A stretch of 58,217 nucleotides of DNA from positions 1-58,217 of IMG/VR virus record IMGVR_UViG_3300029825_000010; one strand, given 5' to 3'. The position numbers were made by a program, and so were the translations under genes. The notes under the pieces are model-generated. The model was not told the DNA's origin and searched no databases. It saw only the letters and a list, made by a program, of their open reading frames with translations. Below are positions 9,894 through 20,761 of this stretch, one piece after another. The stretch's first letter is position 1. Every line of letters begins with the position of its first letter. The stretch comes from a virus (Duplodnaviria; Caudoviricetes).

Positions 9894-10820
9894 ATGGCTA
9901 AAATAAATTATGGTGTAGCAGGAATCAGGCAAAGAGATTATCGTGTCTGGATAGCCTTTGAAAATCCTGGCTCAGGCGAGCTTGACTTTGTTAATGCTAT
10001 CGATATGATTCATGAAATATATGGGTATATTGAAAATGGTGAATATAGCAGTGCATATAATCTTTTCAATGAACTAAAAAACGAAATGTATCATATTGGT
10101 GAAATGCGGGCTGATTCCATTGATGTTTCCGTGCAAGATGGCGACAGTATAGACGGCAATGAAAAGGGAAAAATTGTTCTTGGCAAGTCTGGCACATTTA
10201 CAGCCGAGCTTATCAATTCAACGCCTGAGATTATTGAGTTCTTAACTGGTCTTAACGGTCATGAATGTGTAATCATGCTTGAAGAAACAGACGATGCAAG
10301 ACTAAAAAGTTATGATGGCGCAATGTTAGAAACCCATGAAATTATTGTCATAGGCAATGTCCCTGCGATGTTGGCTGGACTTACTGATAATGTGGGCTGT
10401 AGCTTCAGTTTCTCTGAAAAGGCTGCTGGTAAAAACATTGTAATTTCAACGCTTAATGTCGAAAAAAGTATATCAACGGTAAAAGAGTTTAGAAGTATAG
10501 AGGACTTAAGATATGAGGAGCCCACCGATGCCCCTGTTCTCGATAGTTTTATGTTCGATTCAGGAAATACTTTTGAAGTGGGTTTTATTTTCAGTGCCCA
10601 AGCAAATCAACATATCACAAACATGAAAGTTGAAGTTTCCGATGATTTAACCTTTGCAAATATCGTTGCAATTGCTTATGCTGAACCATCAACTGGTTCT
10701 ATTTCTGGAGACATTGACCTGGAATTAGGAACAGTATATTATTGCAGAATCTCAGGGTTAAACAGCAACAATGTTCAGAAAACACCCTACAGCAATGTTG
10801 TGCTTCGAGAAGCAGAATAA
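9894..10820 (+). CDS. tail tube paralog with C-terminal fibronectin type III-like domain
   Basis: shares RADSID.S..DGDS.DGN..GKIVL.K.GTFTAEL.N.TPE with 9318 gene; C-terminus LELGTVYYCRISGLN...PYSN is Fn3-like. Confidence 0.65.
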   Translation: MAKINYGVAGIRQRDYRVWIAFENPGSGELDFVNAIDMIHEIYGYIENGEYSSAYNLFNELKNEMYHIGEMRADSIDVSVQDGDSIDGNEKGKIVLGKSGTFTAELINSTPEIIEFLTGLNGHECVIMLEETDDARLKSYDGAMLETHEIIVIGNVPAMLAGLTDNVGCSFSFSEKAAGKNIVISTLNVEKSISTVKEFRSIEDLRYEEPTDAPVLDSFMFDSGNTFEVGFIFSAQANQHITNMKVEVSDDLTFANIVAIAYAEPSTGSISGDIDLELGTVYYCRISGLNSNNVQKTPYSNVVLREAE

Positions 10821-10843
10821 AGAATCAACAAGAACACATAATC

Positions 10844-10890
10844 ATGGGGCTGACCCTTCTATAATATTTATTGGTTAGCCCCATTTTTTA
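10844..10890 (+). terminator. rho-independent terminator after tail tube genes
   Basis: ATGGGGCTGACC...GGTTAGCCCCAT stem followed by TTTTT. Confidence 0.7.
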
Positions 10891-10906
10891 TTTTAAGGAG
10901 GAAGAT

Positions 10907-11539
10907 TTGAAGCAGGATATTCTTACAGTCTCACGAGTAATGCGAGTTCTGGCCAGCGTTGACATAGACGGCTGCAGCCTGAACCTCGAAAATCCCATCG
11001 ATGCAGCAACCTTGATATCAACATTGTCGCAGAAAGATGTGCTTGACAATGTTATTGATATTATTCATTCAGGAGAGGGCGAGAGAACGCCACAGCTTGT
11101 CATGGAGTTTTTTATTCACTTGTCTGAACAGCTTGGTCTTTTCAATGACGAGCTAAACAAACGCAAGCAACACGTGATTAATCTCGGCATTTATATGGAT
11201 GATACAGCAGAAGAATTGTTGGCAAAGCAAGAAAAAAACAAGGACTTATATATTGGGGATATGTATCTTTCTAACTATTTTCTCCTGAAAAAGAATAACA
11301 TAGAGCCTGCCTGCCTATCTATATATGAGTCAATGATTTTGATAGAGGAAATAGTCTGCTCTGAAATCAATAAGGTCACGCTGGAAATGCTTGGTTTAAT
11401 GGATTCTGACAGTCATTCTTTCTGTGAACAGGTGCGAAAAACAATAGCTCATGCAAACTTTTATTCTTTTGCACTTGACATATATGATGATGTAAATGAA
11501 ATGTATCAGAGTCTTGAAAGGAAAAGGAGCAATAAATAA
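10907..11539 (+). CDS. putative tail assembly chaperone (start moved to TTG 10907)
   Basis: AAGGAGG RBS before TTG 10907; the 10871 start lies inside the terminator; position between tube and TMP. Confidence 0.45.
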   Translation: MKQDILTVSRVMRVLASVDIDGCSLNLENPIDAATLISTLSQKDVLDNVIDIIHSGEGERTPQLVMEFFIHLSEQLGLFNDELNKRKQHVINLGIYMDDTAEELLAKQEKNKDLYIGDMYLSNYFLLKKNNIEPACLSIYESMILIEEIVCSEINKVTLEMLGLMDSDSHSFCEQVRKTIAHANFYSFALDIYDDVNEMYQSLERKRSNK

Positions 11540-12782
11540 GTTGAGTAATATAGCCAAGTATAGAGAATACCAGTCAATAATAATTGCCGAAATAGACATA
11601 AGTGACCTTACTATTTCTCAGGAACTCTTTGAAATATATGGCAATAAAAACATGAGGCCGGGAGCAGTAATAAAAAAAACTCTTAACAATCTAATTACTG
11701 AGATAGAAAAAGATGAGTCCCTGTTAAAACGTGCTCATGCTATTTTAATTGAAAGGCTTAAATACGCGACTGGTAATCTATATAATTCTATTGGCATATA
11801 TTGCACATATACTTACAAGGAAACTTCTGGTACTGTTGGTAAACTTAACTATGGCTCTTGCAAAATCTTTGTAAAATTTGCAGTCAAGCCAGAATTGATA
11901 AATGCTTTATTTGGCGAGGATGAGGCAAAAACTCCGGTTCCAGACGTTGGTGAACTTGTAAAATGGATTCGTGGTAAGCAGAAATATTTTAGAGACAGGA
12001 TTACATCCATTGAGAAAAAGAAGGAAATACAGAGAGCCTTACAAAGACAAAGACAGGTTTTACTTAACAGAAAAAGTAAAAGAAGAAAACCAGTTGAACG
12101 TGGAATCAACCCAATAACAACAGACACATACTCTGGCGAGCAATATTTAGACCCAATACATGAGCTTGCAAGCCAAATAAGACAAGCAATGACTAAGAGA
12201 TTTAAGACGAAAGATTCTGCCACGAAAGGTAGCGAATATGTCTTTATTGGATATAGAAGAAGTGTTATCAGAAGTATATTTTCCGACAATCCTATCGAGA
12301 GTCTCGTTCCCAAATACGTGAAAGAGCCTGAACCATTGCTTGTAATGAAAGGGGATGGCGGTTATCTATTAAAAGAGCTTGCGATTGCAGCAGAAGAACA
12401 TATCGCCAATGTATTCAAAAAACTTGATATTGACATAATTCAATCTGGCAAGCAAACTATTGATAAAATGTTTGCAGATGCAGGTTCTGACAGACATCAA
12501 GAAGGCATACCAATTAAAGACTTTGATGATGGCTTGAATAACTTAATCAATATATGCAATATGTTAAGAAGATTCAAGGGCAAGACAGCAAAGGCATACT
12601 ATAAAGAATACATGTCAATGCTTGACCAAGCTCAATACAAGGCTGTAGAACATTTAACTAAAACCAAAAAACAAGAGCGGGCTAAAATTGAGAAAGAAAT
12701 GGCCGAGCTTGCAAAGAAATTCAAAGAAGTGTCCATGTCAAACATAAGAGGCAGGGCAAGAAGACATCTCAAAAGGAGATAA
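11496..12782 (+). CDS. large basic protein with HK97-gp10-like motifs
   Basis: TGNLYNSI and PVPDVGELVKWIRGK motifs; start could be TTG 11541. Confidence 0.4.
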   Translation: MKCIRVLKGKGAINKLSNIAKYREYQSIIIAEIDISDLTISQELFEIYGNKNMRPGAVIKKTLNNLITEIEKDESLLKRAHAILIERLKYATGNLYNSIGIYCTYTYKETSGTVGKLNYGSCKIFVKFAVKPELINALFGEDEAKTPVPDVGELVKWIRGKQKYFRDRITSIEKKKEIQRALQRQRQVLLNRKSKRRKPVERGINPITTDTYSGEQYLDPIHELASQIRQAMTKRFKTKDSATKGSEYVFIGYRRSVIRSIFSDNPIESLVPKYVKEPEPLLVMKGDGGYLLKELAIAAEEHIANVFKKLDIDIIQSGKQTIDKMFADAGSDRHQEGIPIKDFDDGLNNLINICNMLRRFKGKTAKAYYKEYMSMLDQAQYKAVEHLTKTKKQERAKIEKEMAELAKKFKEVSMSNIRGRARRHLKRR

Positions 12783-15700
12783 TGATGGCACAAAGCTTTA
12801 GTAACAAGATAAAAGAATTTCAGGCTGCACTCAAGAACATGCCTGGAACAGAAAAGAATGCAGAGGCACTCTCAAGAATTATAGCATCCGTGGCAGCGTC
12901 ACAAGATGTTTTGAGGGAGCTTGGCTCAAGAGGCATGGTTTCCGAGCTTAAGGAATATATCGACACTATTGAAGAACTGATGAAGAGTGTTTCAAGTATT
13001 AAGATACCCAAGCGACCTGCTATGCATTCAGGCTCTCCTAAAAAAAATGCGCAAGAGCTTCTTAAGTATCAAAGAAGACTTGAAAAACTTAATGTTGTCC
13101 TTGATGATTACAATGAAAAAGTTCAAAAGGCAAATGAAAAAGCAGCAATATTTGCCAACTTCACAAAACATGGCTATGATAAATCAGAAGAAATTAAGCA
13201 ATCAAAATATACTGGTGATGATGAACTTGCAGAAAAAAATCGTCAAAAGTTAAGAGAGTTCAATGAGTTGCGCAGAAAAGAGGCAGAGCGTGATTACCGT
13301 GAAGCCGCAGCTCAGATTGAGAGAGAGGAGAGACAACGTCAGCAGGAAGAAGCGAGGCGTTTCAAGGCTCTTAAAACATCTATTCAGCAAAAGGCTGTTC
13401 TTGAGGCTGTGGGCGGGGATTTCTCATTCAATGAAGCAGACTCGCTTAAAGACATTGATGCTGTTAACAAAGAAATTACTGAGCGCGAAAAATTACTTAA
13501 AGTAGTTAAGCAACAGGAAGTTATTGCTAAAACCAATCTTATCAATTCCAAAGATGAAAATGAGATGCTTCAGCGCAAGAAAGAGTATATTGACGCGATT
13601 AGGCGAACCGAGAATGTTAAGGGAGCAGTCAATGAAGCAAAGGAGCGTCTTGTTCAAGTTCGTAATGAAACCAAAGAACTTGAGCGCAAGAAAAAGATAC
13701 ACGATGAGTTAAGAAAGCAAAGACTGCAAGACCTTAAAATAACAAGGGAAGCTCAACAAGCTGGCTCTGATATTATTGGCGGCATAACTTCAGGTAAAAT
13801 GTCTCGCAAAGACCTTGACTTTCAGATGCGCAGGGTAAATGCTGAATTATCTAAGATGCCAAAGAAATTCAGGGATTCCAGGGCAGATATTTTTGCCAAG
13901 CAATTAGCTCAGGCTGGCATTTCCACTCGCACACTTAACGGACATTTGGAAGTTACCAGGGTTAAGTCAAAAAACATAGAAAGTCATTTCTCCAAGACCA
14001 TCAAAGATATGTTCTCTATGGAGAAGTTAATGTCACGTATTTCATTTGTTATTACGGCAAAGCTGTCTTATGAATTATTTGACACTATATCCAGGCTTCC
14101 CAAGCAAGCTCTAAATACATGGAAAGAGTTTCATGACGAAATAACCAAGGCATTTGCGCTTCTCGCTAACGAGTCGGACGTAACAAAGAATAAGCTTCAG
14201 AAAGACGTTAGAGAGCTTTCGAAAACTTATGGCATTGCTGCCAAAGAGCTTTCTGGTGCGTTATATGAAATTATTTCTGCTCAGGTAGGCGTTGCTAATG
14301 CGGCTGATGTATTGGAGAAGGCTATTCAGCTTTCTATTTCTGGTGGCAGTGATGTTAGGACTTCTGCTCATGCTTTGGTGCAAATTGCCAATGCGTATGG
14401 CATGACCTTTGATAAAGTGGGCAAGATTGCCGATATAGCTTTCCAGACAGTCAAATACGGCCAGTTGACCATCCAGCAATACACAGACCAGATGAGTAAA
14501 GTTGTCGCCACTGCGTCTATTCTAAAGATACCTATCGAGGAAGTGGCGGCTGCCATCGCAACTATGACTATTAATGGCATCAATGCAGACCAGGCATTCA
14601 CAGCACTTAATCAGATGTTTATGACAATTGCCACGCCCACCGCTCAGGCTAAAAAGCTAATGTCTGAGCTTGGTATTGACCTGAACATAAGCAAAATACA
14701 GGCTGAGGGCTTGGAAAGTGCATTGCAGGAACTTGTTCCATTGCTGAACATGACGGGCAGCGCACAAGAGCAATTGATTACTATTCTGTTTAAGAACAGG
14801 ACTGGTTTCAAAGCTGTTGCCTCGATGCTTGGGAATATGGGTGAATATGCCGAGAATTATTATAGAATGATAGACGCAGCAGGCGCGGCACAGGAAGGGC
14901 TTGCCGAGAGAACTAATACCGTTGCCTTTGCCCAGAATAGAATGAACACTGCTTGGCAAGAAATGCAAATGATGTGGGCGAGTGGCTATAACCGTGAGAT
15001 AATATCCTTCTACGACTATCTTACTGGCGTTATCAATATTTTAATTAAAAACATTCCTGCGCTAACCATTGCCGTAAAGACGTTTGGGCTTGTTTTGATT
15101 AATCAACTAATAAGAAGAGCTGTTTTGCATTTCAAAGTTCTTCAAACACAAATAAAGATTCTTGGTCACGAGTTTTCTGTAACTTGGGCTAAGGCAACGC
15201 TTGGTCTAAGTTTATTAATCAGTGGCATTATAGAGTTTGGCGTTATTATGTTTGGTATCGCTAATAAAATCAGAAAGAACGATATTTCAAAGGCACTTGG
15301 TCTTGATGAGCTTGCAAAAAGTGCAGAAAATGCTGAATATCAAATTGAAAGTCTTCAGTATAGCATTGACAAATTTGATGGCATAGACGTTTTAGTGAAG
15401 CGATGGGAATCTCTTAACGAAATACAGAACAAGAATGCCAGTCAAATTTCTTCAATGGATAAGCTTTATTATGAAATATCCAAGCGCATGAAAGATGTTG
15501 GTCTGGATATTTCCAATATGACAAAGGAAAGTGAAAGTTTTATAGAGCACATTAAACAATTACGCAAAATGCAACAAAGCCTGAGAGATGATGTTATAAA
15601 ATATAAGGGTCTTGGCTTACAAAGTGATTTGATGAAAGCCATTGGGGAAATGTCTCAAGGCACTAAGTATGATGTTAATGCGTTAAACTATGGAACAGAC

Positions 15701-17869
15701 TTAAGAAAAGAATACAAAAGACTTCTTGAAGATAAATCTCCATATGGGCAAACAGCAATTAGGTTGGCAAGGCAAGGTCGCTATGGCCAAATTCACGAAG
15801 CAGAAGAAGGGATTAAGATACAGGCCGGTGCAATCCAAAATCTTCTTAATAGCGGTGAAAGCAAAAAAGCTTACTTTGCCGCAGAAACATACAGAAAGAA
15901 CATGGAAAATCTTTCAAAGAAACTATCTGATGAAATTGAGACTGGAATGGCAAACGAAACATTGAGTAAAACTCAGTTAAATAACATGAATATTTTGCTT
16001 GATATATACAGAACGGCGGCTGGACAATATCTTGAGATACAAAAACTAACCATTCCTCAAACGCCGATTCCGGATTTCGGCACAAAAGAACACACCCCAG
16101 GTGAATCCACATCAGAAAAGTCATATATGGATAAGATTGAGAGCATGTTTTCTGAAGCCATTGGTACAAACATATATCCTACTCTTGAGGAATTTAGAGA
16201 AGCACGCATGAAAGCTCTGGATGATGTTGAATCACAAATTAGAAAGGACATGGCAGACCCTAAGATTGTTACAAAAGACGCAAAGGAATCTTTAGCTAAG
16301 TTAGATTTGTTACGTGAAATGACTGATAAAGATACCATTGTACAATTGTTTGAAGCAAGCGAAAAGGCTATTGGGTTCTACACCGAGCTTGGCAAGAACT
16401 TGTTGGAATCAGGCGACCTTGAAGGGGGCAGGACTGCTATGTTAAAAGCAAAAGCTGCCTATGACAGTTACAGTGCACGTGGCGATGGAATGTCTGATGA
16501 GTCTCTGCTAAGCGCCGGATTCACCGACTCTGAATTAAGAACTCTTCGTGAAAACATGCAAAATGGTGGCGCAAAGTTCCTGCTATCATGGTTTAATGCG
16601 GCAAGTTCATTCTTATCTGACAAGGAATATCTTAATGCTGTTGTTGACACTTTTGGCATCGATAAGAGCGTAACTGAAAGTATAAACTCTCTTGACAATG
16701 CAATTAAGCAAGCCGAAGCTGACGGTCAATCTGAAAAGTCAAATGCTCTCAAGAAAATTAGGGAGATGGTTGCCAAGAGCATTGTTGATAGTTTATCTGA
16801 AATTATCAGCGTTAAGGAAAATAGTGAGTTTTATCCTGAGATTGAAAAAAGGTTAAAGCAGGTAATTGACGATGAAGGTGGAGTTGAGGCCTTCGATAGT
16901 GCTTTACTGGAGATGACGGAAAGTCTCAGCGCAAGGGGTATATCTCTATCGGACAAAGATATTGATGACATAGGCAAGCTTCGGGAGGGCATTACCGGAG
17001 AAACGGATAGCTTCAATGTCAAAAAGCTTTTTGGTATCTCTGAATACAAAAACGAGCAAGAGGCTATTTTTGATGTTGCACAGCAGTCTGTTAATCAGCT
17101 TACACAAGTTTGGTCTTTTTATTGGCAATGGGAACAGCAACAGTTGCAAAAGCAGACAGAAAAAAAGTTAGCCATTCTCAATCGTGAGAAAGATGTTATG
17201 CTTTCAAACACGAATATGTCTGAAGAGCAAAAGGCACTTATCAACGAAAAGTATGCCGAGCGTGAAAGAATACTGCAAGAAGAACAGGCAAAGAAGCTTG
17301 CTGCCATGAAGAAGAAGCAGGCTATATATGATGCAACTGTTGATTTTGCTAAAGGATTAATTGGAATACATACAACTGAATATGGCACAAAAGGATTGCT
17401 TGGTATTCCTACTGCTGCTCTCTTGACATCTCTGCTTACTGGCGTTTTTGCTGCTCAGATGGCTATGATTAATAATCAAAAGTTTGCTGGCGGTGGATAT
17501 ACTGGTTCGGGCTATGGCTCTCCCGACGAAACTGGACACAAGCCTGCCGGTATAGTTCATGCTGGTGAATTGGTTATTGATAAGGAAACACTGGATAAGA
17601 ACTTTAATCCAATAATGTCAATGTATGAGCATATGAAGTCTGGCGGCAATATGGGTAGCTTTATATCTAAATATGTACTTGGTGGAATGCCCAAAAATAA
17701 CATTCAGCCCGCCAATGGCAGACTTTTTGCACAAGGTGGATATGTGGGTCAAGCTGGCTCATTTGGAAGTATACAAATCAATCTCAATGGGGCTCGTGTT
17801 CTTGACCCTATTGAACTTAATAAAATTGTGGAAATTGGTGGCAAAAAACGCAGGAGGTTAAATGCTTGA
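12782..17869 (+). CDS. tail tape measure protein (TP901-like core)
   Basis: 1695 aa, coiled-coil; LYEIISA, TVKYGQ core; C-terminal FAGGGYTG..PAGIVHAGE motif. Confidence 0.93.
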   Translation: MMAQSFSNKIKEFQAALKNMPGTEKNAEALSRIIASVAASQDVLRELGSRGMVSELKEYIDTIEELMKSVSSIKIPKRPAMHSGSPKKNAQELLKYQRRLEKLNVVLDDYNEKVQKANEKAAIFANFTKHGYDKSEEIKQSKYTGDDELAEKNRQKLREFNELRRKEAERDYREAAAQIEREERQRQQEEARRFKALKTSIQQKAVLEAVGGDFSFNEADSLKDIDAVNKEITEREKLLKVVKQQEVIAKTNLINSKDENEMLQRKKEYIDAIRRTENVKGAVNEAKERLVQVRNETKELERKKKIHDELRKQRLQDLKITREAQQAGSDIIGGITSGKMSRKDLDFQMRRVNAELSKMPKKFRDSRADIFAKQLAQAGISTRTLNGHLEVTRVKSKNIESHFSKTIKDMFSMEKLMSRISFVITAKLSYELFDTISRLPKQALNTWKEFHDEITKAFALLANESDVTKNKLQKDVRELSKTYGIAAKELSGALYEIISAQVGVANAADVLEKAIQLSISGGSDVRTSAHALVQIANAYGMTFDKVGKIADIAFQTVKYGQLTIQQYTDQMSKVVATASILKIPIEEVAAAIATMTINGINADQAFTALNQMFMTIATPTAQAKKLMSELGIDLNISKIQAEGLESALQELVPLLNMTGSAQEQLITILFKNRTGFKAVASMLGNMGEYAENYYRMIDAAGAAQEGLAERTNTVAFAQNRMNTAWQEMQMMWASGYNREIISFYDYLTGVINILIKNIPALTIAVKTFGLVLINQLIRRAVLHFKVLQTQIKILGHEFSVTWAKATLGLSLLISGIIEFGVIMFGIANKIRKNDISKALGLDELAKSAENAEYQIESLQYSIDKFDGIDVLVKRWESLNEIQNKNASQISSMDKLYYEISKRMKDVGLDISNMTKESESFIEHIKQLRKMQQSLRDDVIKYKGLGLQSDLMKAIGEMSQGTKYDVNALNYGTDLRKEYKRLLEDKSPYGQTAIRLARQGRYGQIHEAEEGIKIQAGAIQNLLNSGESKKAYFAAETYRKNMENLSKKLSDEIETGMANETLSKTQLNNMNILLDIYRTAAGQYLEIQKLTIPQTPIPDFGTKEHTPGESTSEKSYMDKIESMFSEAIGTNIYPTLEEFREARMKALDDVESQIRKDMADPKIVTKDAKESLAKLDLLREMTDKDTIVQLFEASEKAIGFYTELGKNLLESGDLEGGRTAMLKAKAAYDSYSARGDGMSDESLLSAGFTDSELRTLRENMQNGGAKFLLSWFNAASSFLSDKEYLNAVVDTFGIDKSVTESINSLDNAIKQAEADGQSEKSNALKKIREMVAKSIVDSLSEIISVKENSEFYPEIEKRLKQVIDDEGGVEAFDSALLEMTESLSARGISLSDKDIDDIGKLREGITGETDSFNVKKLFGISEYKNEQEAIFDVAQQSVNQLTQVWSFYWQWEQQQLQKQTEKKLAILNREKDVMLSNTNMSEEQKALINEKYAERERILQEEQAKKLAAMKKKQAIYDATVDFAKGLIGIHTTEYGTKGLLGIPTAALLTSLLTGVFAAQMAMINNQKFAGGGYTGSGYGSPDETGHKPAGIVHAGELVIDKETLDKNFNPIMSMYEHMKSGGNMGSFISKYVLGGMPKNNIQPANGRLFAQGGYVGQAGSFGSIQINLNGARVLDPIELNKIVEIGGKKRRRLNA

Positions 17870-20147
17870 ATTAACTGATTATTCAAGGCTTGTGCCGAAG
17901 GATAGCTTGACCATTGACGGTGAAAAGCTGGCAGGTATTGATAACTTTACCATAGACGCAAGGCGTTGCAAGGCTGAGATAAGATTACTGAATACAAATC
18001 AGTCAGAGAACCAGGATATTATTAACTCACTCACGGATACAACACGCTTGCTTAAAGATAGCATGGAAACTGAAGATGTCTCTGCTATTTTGTTTTCCCA
18101 TGCAAAAGCTGTTCAGGCATTTGATAAAGAGAGGCTGTTTACTATTGATAAGTGGTCTGGCAACCATACTTGGGATTATGGCGATGGCACTATTGCTGTT
18201 CAGTCAATTGTTCTAAGAAACATATTCTATAACACGCTGAAAAGGCCTATGGTCGGAGGCGTGAATGGCAACGGTGATGATTTCTTTAACAACCTAACGG
18301 CAATGTTTGTCGCAGCAATACTTAATCATTATTCTGTGCCAATAACAACACAGCTTAGTATGAGTCATGTTTATCAATATATTAGCGATAGAATGGGTTA
18401 TGTCTCGTCTGATGTTATGAATATATCAGAAGCTATCGGGCTATTCCTTCTATATCATGTATTCAATAGAGAGACTGCATATAGAAGAATTGATGAGTTG
18501 TATGATGCCTTGTCTTTGCATTTTGGCACAGGCAACCTAATCGAAGAAGTTGTTTATACAGATGAAGCTTATGGTTCAACAACAACTGACAACGGTGGTC
18601 AATATGCAGCTAACACAAACACAAACATAGACTCAAAGGCTTGGATGATAGCAGACTTCTTTGCAAGCATATTCAGTATTGAGGACTACAATTCGTTGGT
18701 TACATCATATCAATTAAACAATATGACTGGTCAAAAACTAAGAAGACCGACAATTATGTGGACTGTTAATGACTATACTGTCTCAGAAAAAAGGAACTCA
18801 TACTATACTCCGTTTTATCTTAACAGGCAAGTTGTGATGGGTGGCTATGTCTCTACGAAGGAAATACTATACTCAAATATATCAACCTTTATGAAAGCCT
18901 CAAACTCAATATACATTAAGACTTGTAGCCCGAAGCAAGAGTCTGGTCTGCAAATTGGTAGAACCCAAACAAAAACAATGTCCAGCGATACAGATAATCA
19001 AATTCCAATATCAATAGAAAATGAAGGATATATAAATGAGTATTGGAATAACTATATCCCAGTTGAAAGAACATATTATATTGAACCTATTTACTATTTT
19101 AATCCAAACCTTGATAATGACGTATTTTCGCTATATCTTGATAATATTAATGTAAACGAATTACTTTCAAGACCCGACTCTTTTCTTTTTACAACTGGTT
19201 TTACTGAAACTAATTGGATGTATTTTGACTCAATCAAGTGTAAGGAACGCATACTGCTGCCTGATGAAGATACATTTGTTGATAGCATTCCAGTGTTTGA
19301 CCTTGAAGATGAATCGCAATTAGATAATTATGGTCTATATATATACCGTGATTATTTTCAGAAATATTATACCAAAGCAAATTCAAGTGTCACAGACATA
19401 TTGGTTCAATTAAAAGACACCTCAAACAATAAAGTTTTATTCACTGGCCTGATTGACTTCAATACAGTACAAATAAGCAAGAAAGCAATCACTTTTGAAG
19501 CCATTGATGCTATTGGTCTGCTCGTAGACAACGCACGGAAGCTTAATGGTATCGTGCATTTCTCGCAGTTTGATACGGGTGGAGATGGCACAATTGCTGA
19601 GAAAAAGGCAGGCGCAACTCTTAAACAATTTATCGAAACGCTCGTCAGGACACCGTTTCCATATCAACACAGTCTTGCAAGCAGCTCATTTGATATAGGA
19701 AACAATGACGGACTCGAGAATAAGCTACTTGACACAATCGATACAGACAAAGCTATTATTATGGCAATTCAATGTGCTAAGAAATTGCTGTATGTTGATG
19801 GCACGGGCAAAATCCATATAGACGGTATTCCTGGAGCTAATGAAGCAACAATTGATGGGCAGATAATTGAGGAAAACATATCGCAAAATACTGACATTGA
19901 CGAGCTTGAATTTGACCAACTAAAAAAAGTTGCTGGCTACGATAAGTTTTTGCCGTCTATTGTTTCATTTTATAAGTCAATCAATTATAGATATAAAAAA
20001 CGAATTGACCTGGAAATATATGGTCAAACTTCTGAAATAAAATTGCTTGACAAAATAATCTATAAATCCAAAGAGTACTTTGTTATGGAAAAGAACATCA
20101 ACTTGAGCAATGGTCATCTAAGCATTACATTGATTGGAGAAATTTAA
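17862..20147 (+). CDS. putative tail tip/baseplate hub protein
   Basis: 761 aa right after TMP; VLFTGLID...ITFEAID and IKLLDKI..KSKEYFV..K hub-like motifs. Confidence 0.55.
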   Translation: MLELTDYSRLVPKDSLTIDGEKLAGIDNFTIDARRCKAEIRLLNTNQSENQDIINSLTDTTRLLKDSMETEDVSAILFSHAKAVQAFDKERLFTIDKWSGNHTWDYGDGTIAVQSIVLRNIFYNTLKRPMVGGVNGNGDDFFNNLTAMFVAAILNHYSVPITTQLSMSHVYQYISDRMGYVSSDVMNISEAIGLFLLYHVFNRETAYRRIDELYDALSLHFGTGNLIEEVVYTDEAYGSTTTDNGGQYAANTNTNIDSKAWMIADFFASIFSIEDYNSLVTSYQLNNMTGQKLRRPTIMWTVNDYTVSEKRNSYYTPFYLNRQVVMGGYVSTKEILYSNISTFMKASNSIYIKTCSPKQESGLQIGRTQTKTMSSDTDNQIPISIENEGYINEYWNNYIPVERTYYIEPIYYFNPNLDNDVFSLYLDNINVNELLSRPDSFLFTTGFTETNWMYFDSIKCKERILLPDEDTFVDSIPVFDLEDESQLDNYGLYIYRDYFQKYYTKANSSVTDILVQLKDTSNNKVLFTGLIDFNTVQISKKAITFEAIDAIGLLVDNARKLNGIVHFSQFDTGGDGTIAEKKAGATLKQFIETLVRTPFPYQHSLASSSFDIGNNDGLENKLLDTIDTDKAIIMAIQCAKKLLYVDGTGKIHIDGIPGANEATIDGQIIEENISQNTDIDELEFDQLKKVAGYDKFLPSIVSFYKSINYRYKKRIDLEIYGQTSEIKLLDKIIYKSKEYFVMEKNINLSNGHLSITLIGEI

Positions 20148-20746
20148 TGTCTATCATATATAGACCAATCAATGGTATTGCTGGCACTGCCACGTTTACT
20201 TTGAAGCAAAGATACTCGCCATACGCCGTTGTCAATCAGGCTACACTCGAATATGCAGCATTTGATGATGAAGATGTTGATTCGGACTTTACCGAGATAT
20301 TCACAAACATAGAAGATAACCTTGTCAAAGACTTTTATGGATATAGAAAAGTTGTTAGGTTTTCCCTGTTTAACAAAGCAAGACCTGATGTTGATAATAA
20401 TCAAATTCTACCAATTATATCCATGATTAACAGTATAAATAACGCTCCAAGCTTACACAGACTTACAATTAAGTATCGTTCTCTTGCCGACTACGGAACT
20501 ATTAATGATGCTTTATTTGTTGGCAATTTTAAGTTATTAGAAGCAAGCGCAAAAGGCAATGCTGGACAAACCATTCCACTTGAGTTTATGGAAAAAGGCA
20601 CAGGCATGTTTCTCAACTATGGTGATAGTTTTGAAATAAGCTATATTTTATATGAAGATGGTGGTAAGATATTGCTTGAAGATAGCGTTTCTGGAGCAAT
20701 TGTGGCAGAAGAAATATATTATGGTACAGAGCTACCGGAAATATAG
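20147..20746 (+). CDS. putative distal tail protein
   Basis: position; C-terminal YILYEDGGKILLED motif common in tail proteins. Confidence 0.4.
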   Translation: MSIIYRPINGIAGTATFTLKQRYSPYAVVNQATLEYAAFDDEDVDSDFTEIFTNIEDNLVKDFYGYRKVVRFSLFNKARPDVDNNQILPIISMINSINNAPSLHRLTIKYRSLADYGTINDALFVGNFKLLEASAKGNAGQTIPLEFMEKGTGMFLNYGDSFEISYILYEDGGKILLEDSVSGAIVAEEIYYGTELPEI

Positions 20747-20761
20747 AAATAGGAGATATAA

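Noticed and set aside
11496-11539. Tail chaperone -1 programmed frameshift
   Set aside because: The downstream ORF is in the +1 frame, there is no convincing slippery heptamer, and it has its own possible RBS/TTG
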